Below are positions 47,792 to 57,653 of a stretch of 64,000 nt of DNA, one piece after another. The translations under genes and the position numbers were made by a program. A model generated the notes under the pieces. It saw only the letters and a program-made list of their open reading frames with translations, was not told where the DNA came from and did not search any database. This DNA comes from a virus (taxonomy: Duplodnaviria; Heunggongvirae; Uroviricota; Caudoviricetes): positions 23,521 through 87,520 of IMG/VR virus record IMGVR_UViG_3300035698_035307; one strand, 5' to 3'. Positions within the stretch are counted from its first letter, which is position 1, and each line of letters begins with the position of its first letter.

Positions 47792-50700
47792 TTATGCTTT
47801 CTTAAATTTATTTATCTCCAAAGTTACGGTAGATATTCCTGATATGTTAGTTCTAATCATTAATACTACTTGGTAAACTTCATCTTTGAACTTAACTTTA
47901 TAATCAATGTTAAGTCCCTTTGCAGTATTCTTATCAATTATATTTATAAGTTTGTTATCATCTATGATTTCTACACCACTCTGAGCTGGGAATGCTTCAG
48001 GTTCATGAATAGCACCTTTACTGGCACCAATAAGTTTGAAGAACGTAGGGTTCTTACCTAAACTTAAACCGAAAGAAGCTATTGAAATAAAGATATTCTT
48101 TTCAGCAGTAGTGTTCTCTAGAAGATAATACATCATTTTTAAGGCAGCGTACTTCGCTCTTGTATAATCATATACTTTAGCTTTGTTATTCTTCTGGAAT
48201 GCATCCTTATCAACTGTATATGTAAAGTAGTCAGAGTGCTTCTTAACTTGAGATGCAATTTTATTTCTAAAATTACCAATCTCTTTATAGTACTGTGCAA
48301 TCTTAAGACTATCTTCTTTCTTTGTTAGGTTATATGAATCAAGTTCAGTACCTTCTCTTCTTTTCATTGACTTCAAGAATGATTTGGCTTTACCTGCTTG
48401 AGCATTTTGTTCTTTAAGTGATATTCCTAATATCTGGTTTGAAGTATCTCCCCATGTATTAACAAAAATACCATTGATGTAACCTAATGCAAGTTCTTCA
48501 TTTGGTTCAGCTAAAGCTTTTGCAGTTTCAGTGTTGATTGAACTTTCTGTTCCTGGCTTAACTAAGAATATGTCAGATGAGTTCCATTTGTCAGAATATA
48601 AACCTGATACTTTTGCACCAGCACTTTTTACTTTGTCAAATATCTTATCTCTTTCAATATTCCATTTGCTATATTTACTGTTAGCTAAATATTCACCAAT
48701 TGACATTGCATTGTTCAATGACTTTACAATTCCTGGTGAGAATGTTTCTTCTGAAGAAGCTAATGTTTTAATGTTGTCATCTAATACTTTCTTTGATGTA
48801 CCTTCAATTCCATTTGATTTAAGATTTTTAAGTATCTCAGCTATCTTTTCAATGTAATTTTCTTTATCAATTCTGCCATAACCTTTGTTCTTAAAGTAAT
48901 AGTTTACGAAACTCTCTTTAAAGTCAGTAGATGTCTTTGCTGAGTCTTGTGAACCACCTGCTAGAATCATATAAATCTCGTCATCATTTACTTCAAATTC
49001 AATTGTAGTAAACTTACCTGAGTAAGCTCCTCTCTTTGTTACACTTGAAGGTAAACCTGCGATGTTTGGTTTTTCACCTGGTTCAATAGTTGTAACTGGG
49101 CCAGTTAATGTATATTCAGAATGGCTTTCAATGAATGTATTTATATCTTCTGTAAATTCTTCTACACTAACCTTTGTTATATTATTCACTCTATCTTTAG
49201 CACTTGCTGAACTATACTTACTTGAATAGCTTGCAATGAACTGTTTAATAAATGTGTTTCTTGTTTGAGAGTTTAATGATTCATTTATTATCTCATCGTC
49301 TTTGGATTCGTTTATAAAATCATTGAATGATTTCACTTGGAATGAATTTGATTCTCCCACTTTTTGTAATATTTTTTGCATATCTTTATATAATGGCCAT
49401 ACCCCTTTAGGTGTCCATTTCTTAAAATCTTTATCGTTATCGTCTTTAATAGCTTCTCTTACTTTAGTGGCTGATATGTTTTCTCCACTTCGTTTGATTT
49501 CAAATGCATTGAAGTCATCACCTGCGTTTAATTCTGTTCTGTACTTATCAATCATCTTCTGATATTGAGCATATCTGTCAGTACCTGCTCCCCATAAAAC
49601 TGGTTCGTACTTTGGACGCATTAAATTGAATAATGTATCAGGTGCTGCGTTAGGTGTAATAAAAGCATCCTTTAAGAATTTATATTCTTTTTGCATTCCT
49701 TTAAACATCTTTAATTGCATCTTATCATCGAAAGGTCTTCTTTCTGGGTCTGGCTTTCCACCTCTTACAATCATTACAACTACAGGTAAACCGTTCTTCT
49801 TGTGAATAGTTTCAAGTACTTTAACATGACCTAATGTAAATGGTTGGAAACGACCTACAAACATATTCACCTTTTCTTTACCAGGTTCTTTATGGTCTAA
49901 TGTAAGTGCTTCAAATATTTGGCTCTCGAAAATATCATTCTCTTCTTCTTGGATTCTACTTGTTCTTAAGAACGACGCAAAATCTAATACTTCGTTTTCC
50001 ATTGGCATTGCGTTTGTTTTCTTTTGTATTGAAGCTACAATATCATTGATAATTTTGATCGATTCATCTGAAAGTAAATCAGTTGCATGTTTACGAGTTT
50101 TCTTAAAAGAACTTAGCATAATTTTAAAAAGGTCATGCATAGCAGGATTCTTAAGAATCTTCTTAGTCACTTCGTTATCTATAAATTCTGGGTTCAATTG
50201 GAATACATCTTGCTTTGCAAAATCAGGAGTCTGAAAGTCCATGCCAGCATATTTATAACCGTTCGTTGCTACATACTGATTAAATATTGTTGATATTAAA
50301 TTGATGTATCTTTGGTCAGCTGTTTCACCTTCAACTGAAACATCATTTATGTCTAATGAAGATAAGAACTCAATTATATCAAGCATGATTATTTGATATG
50401 TGTCGTTCGACTTTCTATCTTCTTTCTTTAAGTTTGTCTTTTGCATTTCTTGAAAAAGTGGGTCAATTACTTGTGCGTTATAAACTTTCTTACCATTTAT
50501 AAACTTAAACACAATACTCTCTACCATATTGTCTAGAGAATTATTTAGAGCAGTCTTCTTCAGATTTGGATTGAGAATACTTACAACATATCTGGTAAAA
50601 GATTGAGTCTTAAATAGTGATTCTAAATCTGCATATGATGTATTCAAATAATCTTTAATCTTTTGCTTCTGTTGTAAGTTTAATTTTCCTTGAAATATAA

Positions 50701-51160
50701 CAGCAGGGTCTTGAACATCAAATGTCTCAGCCCATTTTTCTAAGATTGTTGTATCACTTATCACTTTAACTACATTACCACCTTCATTTCTAATAAGAAT
50801 GTCTGTGATGATTAAATTATTATGAGGAACACTATCATAAGTTACTGTAACTGGCTTTGTGTTTGCAACATATTCAAAACAAAAGTCCCAAGCTTCGGGC
50901 ATGATGTTCTTAATATCTACTGACATTGAGTCAAAGAATGTAATTGGTCTTTCATAGTAAACCATAATAGTTCTGTCAATCAAATTAATAGGATTCTTAT
51001 CATTCCCCTTAAAGAAGATTAAATTATCTCCCTTTCGTTGAACTCTGAATCGACTACCATCAATCATCTCAGTTACTATTACGTATTGATTAAGAAGCTT
51101 TTCAATGAAAGACGCTCCTTTTTCTGCATATATGTCTTTAAATGTTGCTAAGTTAGCCAT
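47792..51160 (-). CDS. Three-domain protein: degenerate ligase-fold, HIGH-class nucleotidyltransferase and PD-(D/E)xK-like nuclease
   Basis: TEMIDGS (KxDG motif with K replaced by M), FVGRFQPFTLGH...ISATKVR, and DKWNSSDIFL...GISLK. Confidence 0.7.
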   Translation of the reverse strand: MANLATFKDIYAEKGASFIEKLLNQYVIVTEMIDGSRFRVQRKGDNLIFFKGNDKNPINLIDRTIMVYYERPITFFDSMSVDIKNIMPEAWDFCFEYVANTKPVTVTYDSVPHNNLIITDILIRNEGGNVVKVISDTTILEKWAETFDVQDPAVIFQGKLNLQQKQKIKDYLNTSYADLESLFKTQSFTRYVVSILNPNLKKTALNNSLDNMVESIVFKFINGKKVYNAQVIDPLFQEMQKTNLKKEDRKSNDTYQIIMLDIIEFLSSLDINDVSVEGETADQRYINLISTIFNQYVATNGYKYAGMDFQTPDFAKQDVFQLNPEFIDNEVTKKILKNPAMHDLFKIMLSSFKKTRKHATDLLSDESIKIINDIVASIQKKTNAMPMENEVLDFASFLRTSRIQEEENDIFESQIFEALTLDHKEPGKEKVNMFVGRFQPFTLGHVKVLETIHKKNGLPVVVMIVRGGKPDPERRPFDDKMQLKMFKGMQKEYKFLKDAFITPNAAPDTLFNLMRPKYEPVLWGAGTDRYAQYQKMIDKYRTELNAGDDFNAFEIKRSGENISATKVREAIKDDNDKDFKKWTPKGVWPLYKDMQKILQKVGESNSFQVKSFNDFINESKDDEIINESLNSQTRNTFIKQFIASYSSKYSSASAKDRVNNITKVSVEEFTEDINTFIESHSEYTLTGPVTTIEPGEKPNIAGLPSSVTKRGAYSGKFTTIEFEVNDDEIYMILAGGSQDSAKTSTDFKESFVNYYFKNKGYGRIDKENYIEKIAEILKNLKSNGIEGTSKKVLDDNIKTLASSEETFSPGIVKSLNNAMSIGEYLANSKYSKWNIERDKIFDKVKSAGAKVSGLYSDKWNSSDIFLVKPGTESSINTETAKALAEPNEELALGYINGIFVNTWGDTSNQILGISLKEQNAQAGKAKSFLKSMKRREGTELDSYNLTKKEDSLKIAQYYKEIGNFRNKIASQVKKHSDYFTYTVDKDAFQKNNKAKVYDYTRAKYAALKMMYYLLENTTAEKNIFISIASFGLSLGKNPTFFKLIGASKGAIHEPEAFPAQSGVEIIDDNKLINIIDKNTAKGLNIDYKVKFKDEVYQVVLMIRTNISGISTVTLEINKFKKA

Positions 51161-51166
51161 TGTTTT

Positions 51167-52183
51167 TTAATATTTTGGTGCTAATGATTGTTTATATTCC
51201 TTTGGGTAATCTTCCTTTAAAATATCAGAATACTCTTTTGCTATTAGTTCAATATTAGCTTTCACTTCTTTTGAAACGCTCTTACCGTAAAAATCTTCGT
51301 AGATTGCTTCATATGTTTTAACTAAATTGTTAGCTCCTAAGCCACTTCCAGTATTTATTTCAATTAGAGATAGCTTACCATCTTTCTTTAAAAAGAAGTC
51401 GAATGAATAAAAATCAAATGCATCAGGATTTACTTTCGTAAATAAGTCTGCTCTCATCTTCATTAATTCTTTAGCATAGCTAGATTTATCTACATCTTGT
51501 TCGATGTATGTAAACTTAACCTTCTCATCTGTACCCTTTGTTGAAATAGTTTTGTTCTCTGAAATAATAGGGATTCTCTCGTTTAATGTAACAAGTTTAT
51601 CTTTTAAAAATAATCCTCTGAACTCTCTATCAAAATCTACAAACTCACTAAATAAATCAAACTTATTTTTGCTCTTTTGTAAATCTTCTATAGTTTTAAA
51701 TACTTCTATTCCAACACCACTTTGACCAGCTGAAGGCTTTGCAACAACTGGAAATTCTATGTCTTTTGTATCTTCAATTGAAAATACAGTCTTAGGTACA
51801 TATTCAACGCCATCTAATATCTCATGGAATTTAACCTTCGAAGAAACTTCTTCCATTCTCTTATCTGGAGAATTATAAATCTTCGAATATGATATGCTCT
51901 TATTATGCTTGTTCTTTAATATCTTCATACCGTCTTCACTCATATTTGCATAATACAATACAGGTGATGTTTTATCAAGTTTATAGTTGTCATAATTTTC
52001 AGAACCTAAGATTTCCCTTATTACAGGAATATAATACTCTGATAAGGCATATTGATTTAATCCTATCAACTTAGTATTAGTCACAGTAGTCACAGTGTCC
52101 ATTAACTTTACGAATTGGATTTTATTAAGTTCCTTTTCAGCTTCAGTTAAATATTCGTTAAATGTCTGTAATTTGTAGTTCAT
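51167..52183 (-). CDS. ATP-grasp ligase (RimK-like)
   Basis: SKVKFHE, VPKT, PVVAKPSAGQSGVG, FSEFV...EFR, FDF and IEINTGSG motifs. Confidence 0.85.
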   Translation of the reverse strand: MNYKLQTFNEYLTEAEKELNKIQFVKLMDTVTTVTNTKLIGLNQYALSEYYIPVIREILGSENYDNYKLDKTSPVLYYANMSEDGMKILKNKHNKSISYSKIYNSPDKRMEEVSSKVKFHEILDGVEYVPKTVFSIEDTKDIEFPVVAKPSAGQSGVGIEVFKTIEDLQKSKNKFDLFSEFVDFDREFRGLFLKDKLVTLNERIPIISENKTISTKGTDEKVKFTYIEQDVDKSSYAKELMKMRADLFTKVNPDAFDFYSFDFFLKKDGKLSLIEINTGSGLGANNLVKTYEAIYEDFYGKSVSKEVKANIELIAKEYSDILKEDYPKEYKQSLAPKY

Positions 52184-52184
52184 C

Positions 52185-52400
52185 TTATAATTTCTTCTTT
52201 AAATCCTTAAGAGTTTTGATTTGGTCATTGATATATTCTTCAGCTTTGTCTGCATCTCCATCATCAACCCATTGTTGAATTGCATCTAATTCAGATTTGA
52301 TATTTTTAATCTTTATACTGAAATATCTAGAATCCATACCTTCGTTCACAGTATTCTCTTCTACTTTATGAAATTCTTCGAAGCTTTTAATGTTGTCCAT
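52185..52400 (-). CDS. Small probable internal head protein
   Basis: 71 aa with leader NIKSFEEFHKVEE. Confidence 0.7.
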   Translation of the reverse strand: MDNIKSFEEFHKVEENTVNEGMDSRYFSIKIKNIKSELDAIQQWVDDGDADKAEEYINDQIKTLKDLKKKL

Positions 52401-52409
52401 CTTTAATTC

Positions 52410-53723
52410 TTATTTTTGCATTGAGTACTTAAGCGTACCTAATATTTGATTAACACTTGCAAATGCACCTGTTAACTTGTATGTCTTACCATTATATTGA
52501 AATACTATTCCTTCTGTAGGTAAAATTGCATCAAAACCACCAATTGCTTGAAGTCTACTTAATTGATACTTCATCTTGTGCATCAATGTTAAATCACCAG
52601 ACTTCTCAATCTGCTTCTGTAAATCTTCTAATTGCTTCTTAATGTCTTGTACTACCTTATCTGGATTAGCTGCAAGATAACCTGTAGCGTTTTTAAGTAC
52701 TTCCACTCCTAATGATAAGAATAACTCTTCAATTGGTTGAATATAGTCTTTACCGACTTGTTTAAATTCTTTCTTTGCAAATCCTACAACCCACTTTAAG
52801 AATTTAGGTGATTCTTTAAAATCTTTCTTCATGTTACCTACTGAGTAGCCATTGTCATAAAATCCAAATCTCTTAATTAAAAGAGGTATTTTCTCTTCTG
52901 CAACTTCTACTTCTAAATCTAAAGATTGAGCTTTCTTCTCAAGGAATGATTCCCATTCTTTGTAAATGTAATCTCCAATAGTATCAGTAGCACTTAAGCT
53001 CCATTTCTTTTGAATTTTATCTACAATTTTCATGAATCTCGCTTGATTCTTCTCAAAGTCTATAACCTTAGGCATATCTATTACTGCAGGAGGTCTGATA
53101 ACATAATGTTTTTGTATATCACTATTAACTCCTTTAATAAGTTTCTGTAGCGTATTCGCAGCTTCCTTATCGTCTGAAACAGGGTTACCTTCTTCATCGT
53201 AAGTAGTTGCACTGTGGAATATTAAATGTGGAGCGTCATAGTTAATAACGTTTGTTGATGGCGGGTAAATTACCTCGAGATGCATGAACGCATACCCATC
53301 TTTAAAAATTAAATCTCTATCTTTCGCAGAGACTTTTGAAATAGCCGATTCTAAATCTTCTATAGCAAATGTAAAACCATCTGAAAGGTCTCCTCTGCCA
53401 GCAAATTTATCTATTACTTGTTGTACAGTCATTGCAGCTGCACCACCATTTTTACGGTCACCTTTGTTACGTGCTGCAACTAAGTGGCCATCTCTCCAAC
53501 TAATAGCAATTGCTTGCCCATCAAGTTTTTCAGTAGATTCGACTTCTTTGTTTAATTGACCTTGTAAAGCCTGGTCAATAATGTCTTTGATTTGTGTAAA
53601 TGTAAGTGATGTATCATCGTAAGGATGGCTCATGTGTCCAAAAGCCCCACCTTCTAAAATAAAATCAGCTACATCTACATTATAATTCTCATTGACATAC
53701 TCTGTGAATGATAATAGCTTCAT
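52410..53723 (-). CDS. RNA-ligase-like covalent nucleotidyltransferase
   Basis: Motif I TEKLDG (K66), IFMHLE (III), EGIVF (IV) and YKLTG (V); N-terminal GGAFGHMSHP. Confidence 0.7.
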   Translation of the reverse strand: MKLLSFTEYVNENYNVDVADFILEGGAFGHMSHPYDDTSLTFTQIKDIIDQALQGQLNKEVESTEKLDGQAIAISWRDGHLVAARNKGDRKNGGAAAMTVQQVIDKFAGRGDLSDGFTFAIEDLESAISKVSAKDRDLIFKDGYAFMHLEVIYPPSTNVINYDAPHLIFHSATTYDEEGNPVSDDKEAANTLQKLIKGVNSDIQKHYVIRPPAVIDMPKVIDFEKNQARFMKIVDKIQKKWSLSATDTIGDYIYKEWESFLEKKAQSLDLEVEVAEEKIPLLIKRFGFYDNGYSVGNMKKDFKESPKFLKWVVGFAKKEFKQVGKDYIQPIEELFLSLGVEVLKNATGYLAANPDKVVQDIKKQLEDLQKQIEKSGDLTLMHKMKYQLSRLQAIGGFDAILPTEGIVFQYNGKTYKLTGAFASVNQILGTLKYSMQK

Positions 53724-53728
53724 TTATA

Positions 53729-54340
53729 TTATGCTTTTTTTCCTTTACCTTTTGTCCAACCGTTCTTTACCTTTGTGAAAAATTCTTTCTTCTTTTCTTC
53801 ACTTAATTCTCCTTGACTTTTAACGCCAAATTCAGCAAGTAAAGCTGAGAAATATTCTTTGTATTCTTTCTGTAATGGAGAAAGTTCTACTTCTAAAAGA
53901 GATTCAATATCTTCTGATTCTTCTATAACTGATTCACCTAATGTAGATGATGCAGCTCCAACCATTGCACCCCAATCGTCTTTATGTTTTGAGATAAGAC
54001 CGTTAATTACTTTGTCTGCTTTGCTAGCATCAAATTCATCGCCAAAAGCTTTCTTATAAAGTGCATATACATACTCCTTAAAAGATTCTTTGTCTTTAAC
54101 ATCTGCTTCGTTTAAAGCTTCGCTAACGCCGTCACCTTCCCAAGTGTTAATTTCATTGTAAAATTTAGCTCTTTTTTCTTCGTCTAATTCAGCAGGTGTG
54201 CTTACACCGTATTCTTGTAACTTAGTTTTGAAAAATTCACCATATTGAGCTTGTTTAGCTGCTTTGTCTTCTTCTACTTTCTTCGTCTGTACTTCAGACA
54301 TAAAAGTTGTGAAAGATTGAAAAGATTTAATATGTTCCAT
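53729..54340 (-). CDS. Probable internal head protein with a duplicated helical module
   Basis: Leader HIKSFQSF; QYGEFFKTKLQEYGVSTPAELDEEKRAKFY is paralleled by EYKEYFSALLAEFGVKSQGELSEEKKKEFF. Confidence 0.7.
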   Translation of the reverse strand: MEHIKSFQSFTTFMSEVQTKKVEEDKAAKQAQYGEFFKTKLQEYGVSTPAELDEEKRAKFYNEINTWEGDGVSEALNEADVKDKESFKEYVYALYKKAFGDEFDASKADKVINGLISKHKDDWGAMVGAASSTLGESVIEESEDIESLLEVELSPLQKEYKEYFSALLAEFGVKSQGELSEEKKKEFFTKVKNGWTKGKGKKA

Positions 54341-54366
54341 ATTTTAAAGTTTATTTTTTTTATATA

Positions 54367-55866
54367 TCAAAATCTCACTACTTTAATGTCGTATGGAAAC
54401 TTCTGTTCTTTATAGATTCTTAATCTTTCCTTTGCATGTTTGAACAAATAGTTCTCATAGCCTTCATATCTAAAGTCATCAACGAAGTCAATGATTATAA
54501 GAAGTTCTTTACCTTCAAGCTTTCTTAAGCCTCTTCCAATACTTTGTCTAACAACTACATCAGACTTAAATGATTCAGTAAATAATACGTAGTGGATATT
54601 CTTAACAGATATACCAGTACTGAAAGTTCCAAAAGAAGCTACAAGAACTACATCTTCACCTGCTTCCATTTTAGCTTTGTAAACTTCTCTCATTTGTTTA
54701 TCAGTGTGACCATCTACATAATATACTTGCTTATCTGTATCGTTTCTTAGTTGGTTGTAAATAGCTGTACCATGTTCTCTCCTGTGGAAAAGCACCAGTG
54801 CGTTTTTATTTAACTTACCTATTAATTTGCAAATGAAATTTCTTCTACTTTCACTTTCAATGATATAATTTTGTTCAAGATTAAATACTTTCTTACCGTC
54901 CGTATTTGGGTCTTTCGCTAGACTCTTAAATGCATCTTTAGTTTTTTCATCAATGTAATCCATGTGAATAATCTTAGCTTTACATTTAGCGATGTAATCA
55001 TTCTTCTGTAAGAAGTTGGCTGTAATCTCAGACATTAATGGTCCAGTATGTGACATAAGTGTAAGTCTATCAAGAGTTCCCTTCTTAGGGATAGTTCCAG
55101 ACAGTCCAAAACAGTAATCATTCTTCTTGCAATTATCAAGAATGTCTTTAATTGATTTAGCTTTTACTTTATGAGTCTCATCTACCATTACTACATCAAA
55201 GTCATCGTAATATTCTTCCTTCTTTTTAACAAGTGATTGATATGTACCGATAACAAAGTCGCAGTCGTCTTTGATTTCTTGACCTGCATAAATTTGTTGT
55301 ACTTTATATTTTACTTTACCTCTATAATTGTATTCGGCAAAATCTTCAGTCCCTTGTATTACTAAACTTACGTTAGGTACAATAAGAAGGAATTTATTAG
55401 CCATACCATGTGCTTTAAGGTAAGCGAATATGATAAAAAGTATGAATGTTTTACCAGCTGAAGTAGCTAGTTCTGCCATACATCTTCTATATTTTATAAT
55501 TTTAAAGGCTGTTTCTAATTGATAAGGTCTTGGTTTAAGTGGATTGTCTGCAAAAAATATATCACACCAATTTTTGAACGATTCGTAAGTCAAACCATTA
55601 TTAAATATCGCACTTATATTCTTAAGCTGAATTGGATATTCATGTTCTTTCGCTATGTCATATACTTCGCGCCATAAACCTGACTGAACATATTTGTCAT
55701 GCTTAAAAAAGCTGAAGTAACCATCCCAAATCTTTTTCTTAACAAGTGGGTGAAACTTCCAGTTCTTTATTCTTTTCGTTAATGAAATATTAAGCTGGTC
55801 AATTTCAATTGAAGTTGCCTGCTCAAGAATAAGCCATCTTTTATCTTCTGATAAGTTAAATATCAT
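54367..55866 (-). CDS. uvsW: SF2 DNA helicase
   Basis: PRPYQ, ATSAGKT, DETH, GLSGT, GTFSTGI and QSIGRGLR motifs. Confidence 0.93.
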   Translation of the reverse strand: MIFNLSEDKRWLILEQATSIEIDQLNISLTKRIKNWKFHPLVKKKIWDGYFSFFKHDKYVQSGLWREVYDIAKEHEYPIQLKNISAIFNNGLTYESFKNWCDIFFADNPLKPRPYQLETAFKIIKYRRCMAELATSAGKTFILFIIFAYLKAHGMANKFLLIVPNVSLVIQGTEDFAEYNYRGKVKYKVQQIYAGQEIKDDCDFVIGTYQSLVKKKEEYYDDFDVVMVDETHKVKAKSIKDILDNCKKNDYCFGLSGTIPKKGTLDRLTLMSHTGPLMSEITANFLQKNDYIAKCKAKIIHMDYIDEKTKDAFKSLAKDPNTDGKKVFNLEQNYIIESESRRNFICKLIGKLNKNALVLFHRREHGTAIYNQLRNDTDKQVYYVDGHTDKQMREVYKAKMEAGEDVVLVASFGTFSTGISVKNIHYVLFTESFKSDVVVRQSIGRGLRKLEGKELLIIIDFVDDFRYEGYENYLFKHAKERLRIYKEQKFPYDIKVVRF

Positions 55867-55871
55867 TGTGT

Positions 55872-56321
55872 CTACATTATTGTTTCCGCTTGGATTCTAT
55901 TTTTAATAGCCCAAGTCATTTGGTCTAAAGTCTTTACTGCCTCTTTATAATACTCTAATTGAACTTCTAAATATCCAATCTCTTCTAACTTATATCGCAA
56001 GTCAGCTAGTATCATTTTTTCAATTACCTTATCTGTTAGTTTTAAGTCATAGTGTTTATAACTATGATACTTAATTTTGAAGTTAGCGTTATAAGCAGAA
56101 TAGCGCTGACGAACTTTAACTGCCATATCGGCAACATTTTCTATTAACATCGCTCTGTAAGAACTAACAAGAACTGATATCTCAGATACGTTTCTGATAT
56201 CCCTTAAGTCTTCGGCTAGAACTTTAATTCTATCCTTCCATTCTACGCGTTTAATATGTAGAAATTTATCTAACTTTACTAATCTCTCTTCTGCTGCTAC
56301 TGCTTTGTCTAAATCTGCCAT
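55872..56321 (-). CDS. UvsY-like recombination mediator (tentative)
   Basis: 149-aa helical protein directly upstream of uvsW, ending WAIKNRI. Confidence 0.5.
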   Translation of the reverse strand: MADLDKAVAAEERLVKLDKFLHIKRVEWKDRIKVLAEDLRDIRNVSEISVLVSSYRAMLIENVADMAVKVRQRYSAYNANFKIKYHSYKHYDLKLTDKVIEKMILADLRYKLEEIGYLEVQLEYYKEAVKTLDQMTWAIKNRIQAETIM

Positions 56322-56322
56322 C

Positions 56323-56550
56323 TTAAAATAATTTACTGCCTTTACGTTTGCGCTTTGTCAAATCGATTTCCTTTCCTCGTACTACCTTCTTCTTTGTTTC
56401 TTTAGGTATCTCAAACAACATTCCCTTATATTCGTACTTAGAACTACTAAATTCTAATAAAAGTTTAAAATTCTTCTCTGATTCTTCTTGGTCAGAATAA
56501 AAATCGTCTAACTCCTCGTCAATCATAATCTCTTTATCTTCTTTTGTCAT
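56323..56550 (-). CDS. Hypothetical protein
   Basis: 75 aa with an acidic N-terminus and basic C-terminus. Confidence 0.6.
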   Translation of the reverse strand: MTKEDKEIMIDEELDDFYSDQEESEKNFKLLLEFSSSKYEYKGMLFEIPKETKKKVVRGKEIDLTKRKRKGSKLF

Positions 56551-57647
56551 ATTAAGATAATTGAATAAGGTGAATTTGTGAAATACTCTTCTAAATGTTT
56601 ATGTGCTTCTAAATTGTACTTATAACAAAGTTGAACAATATCATTCAAATCTTTTGACTTATCCTCATCATCTATGAGGTATTTATCGATTTCAAAGTCT
56701 TTGATGAACTTGCGCCATAAGAATACTTCATATCCTTTTCTAAGTAAATCTATAGAAACACGTTTGCCTGCTTTGTCATTATCTAAAAAAAATCTCTTGT
56801 AAGGTAATTCCAGAAAGGCTTGTTTATCTCTACCTACTGAAGCTAATCCCATTGAATTTCTCATGAACTTTGCATCGATTGGTCCTTCAAATAGAGTTAA
56901 CTTTTGCTCAAAATTAACTTTCAAGATATTGAATATCGTTGATAGTTTATTAAGTCTTGATAACTCATCTGGGTCTTCAAACTGTTCAGTTAAATTCTTC
57001 CCCATGTCACGATTAATTCGTTCTATGTTAAATGAAAGATACTTGTCGTTTGCTTTCCCTAAATTCCTAATCTGGAAACCTATTATCTTTTCTCGTTTGA
57101 CATCAGTGTTCAGAACGAATAACTTCTTTCCATATTCGTTATACGCAAAATCCTGAGTTTGTTTATGTAATAATCTACCCTTTAGATAATTATACCCTTC
57201 ACTATCCTTCTCAATTGGTCTGGCATGATATGTAGCGTAAAAATCTTCAAATGAGATTCCTAGCTCCTGTAGTTCTGGGAAAGAACCATAATCAAATTCC
57301 TTTATCTTTGAGTTGGAGTATTCGTGTTCATTGTTATCAATATAATCGATAATGAACTTACTGTCTGGATTCCTAGAAAAGTTAAAACCAAATGTCTTTA
57401 AAAAACCCTTTAAATTAATATGCTTATTACAGCCATCATTATAGCAGTGAAAGAATAAAGAATCCCAAAACAAGTTTCCTCGCTTGTTGTGGGCATTCTT
57501 AGTTGAGTCACCACAAAAGGGACACGCAAAGTTAATTCTACTATGCATATCCCTTATGCGCCTTTTAGATGGGTCTGTGTGTTCTTGATTTAGGACATCT
57601 TGTATATAACTTTTAATTAGTTCACGTTGTGCAACGTCTAAACTCAT
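56547..57647 (-). CDS. gp61: DNA primase
   Basis: Zn finger CPFCGDS...CYNDGC; TOPRIM FEGPIDA and LDND. Confidence 0.92.
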   Translation of the reverse strand: MSLDVAQRELIKSYIQDVLNQEHTDPSKRRIRDMHSRINFACPFCGDSTKNAHNKRGNLFWDSLFFHCYNDGCNKHINLKGFLKTFGFNFSRNPDSKFIIDYIDNNEHEYSNSKIKEFDYGSFPELQELGISFEDFYATYHARPIEKDSEGYNYLKGRLLHKQTQDFAYNEYGKKLFVLNTDVKREKIIGFQIRNLGKANDKYLSFNIERINRDMGKNLTEQFEDPDELSRLNKLSTIFNILKVNFEQKLTLFEGPIDAKFMRNSMGLASVGRDKQAFLELPYKRFFLDNDKAGKRVSIDLLRKGYEVFLWRKFIKDFEIDKYLIDDEDKSKDLNDIVQLCYKYNLEAHKHLEEYFTNSPYSIILI

Positions 57648-57653
57648 TATCTA

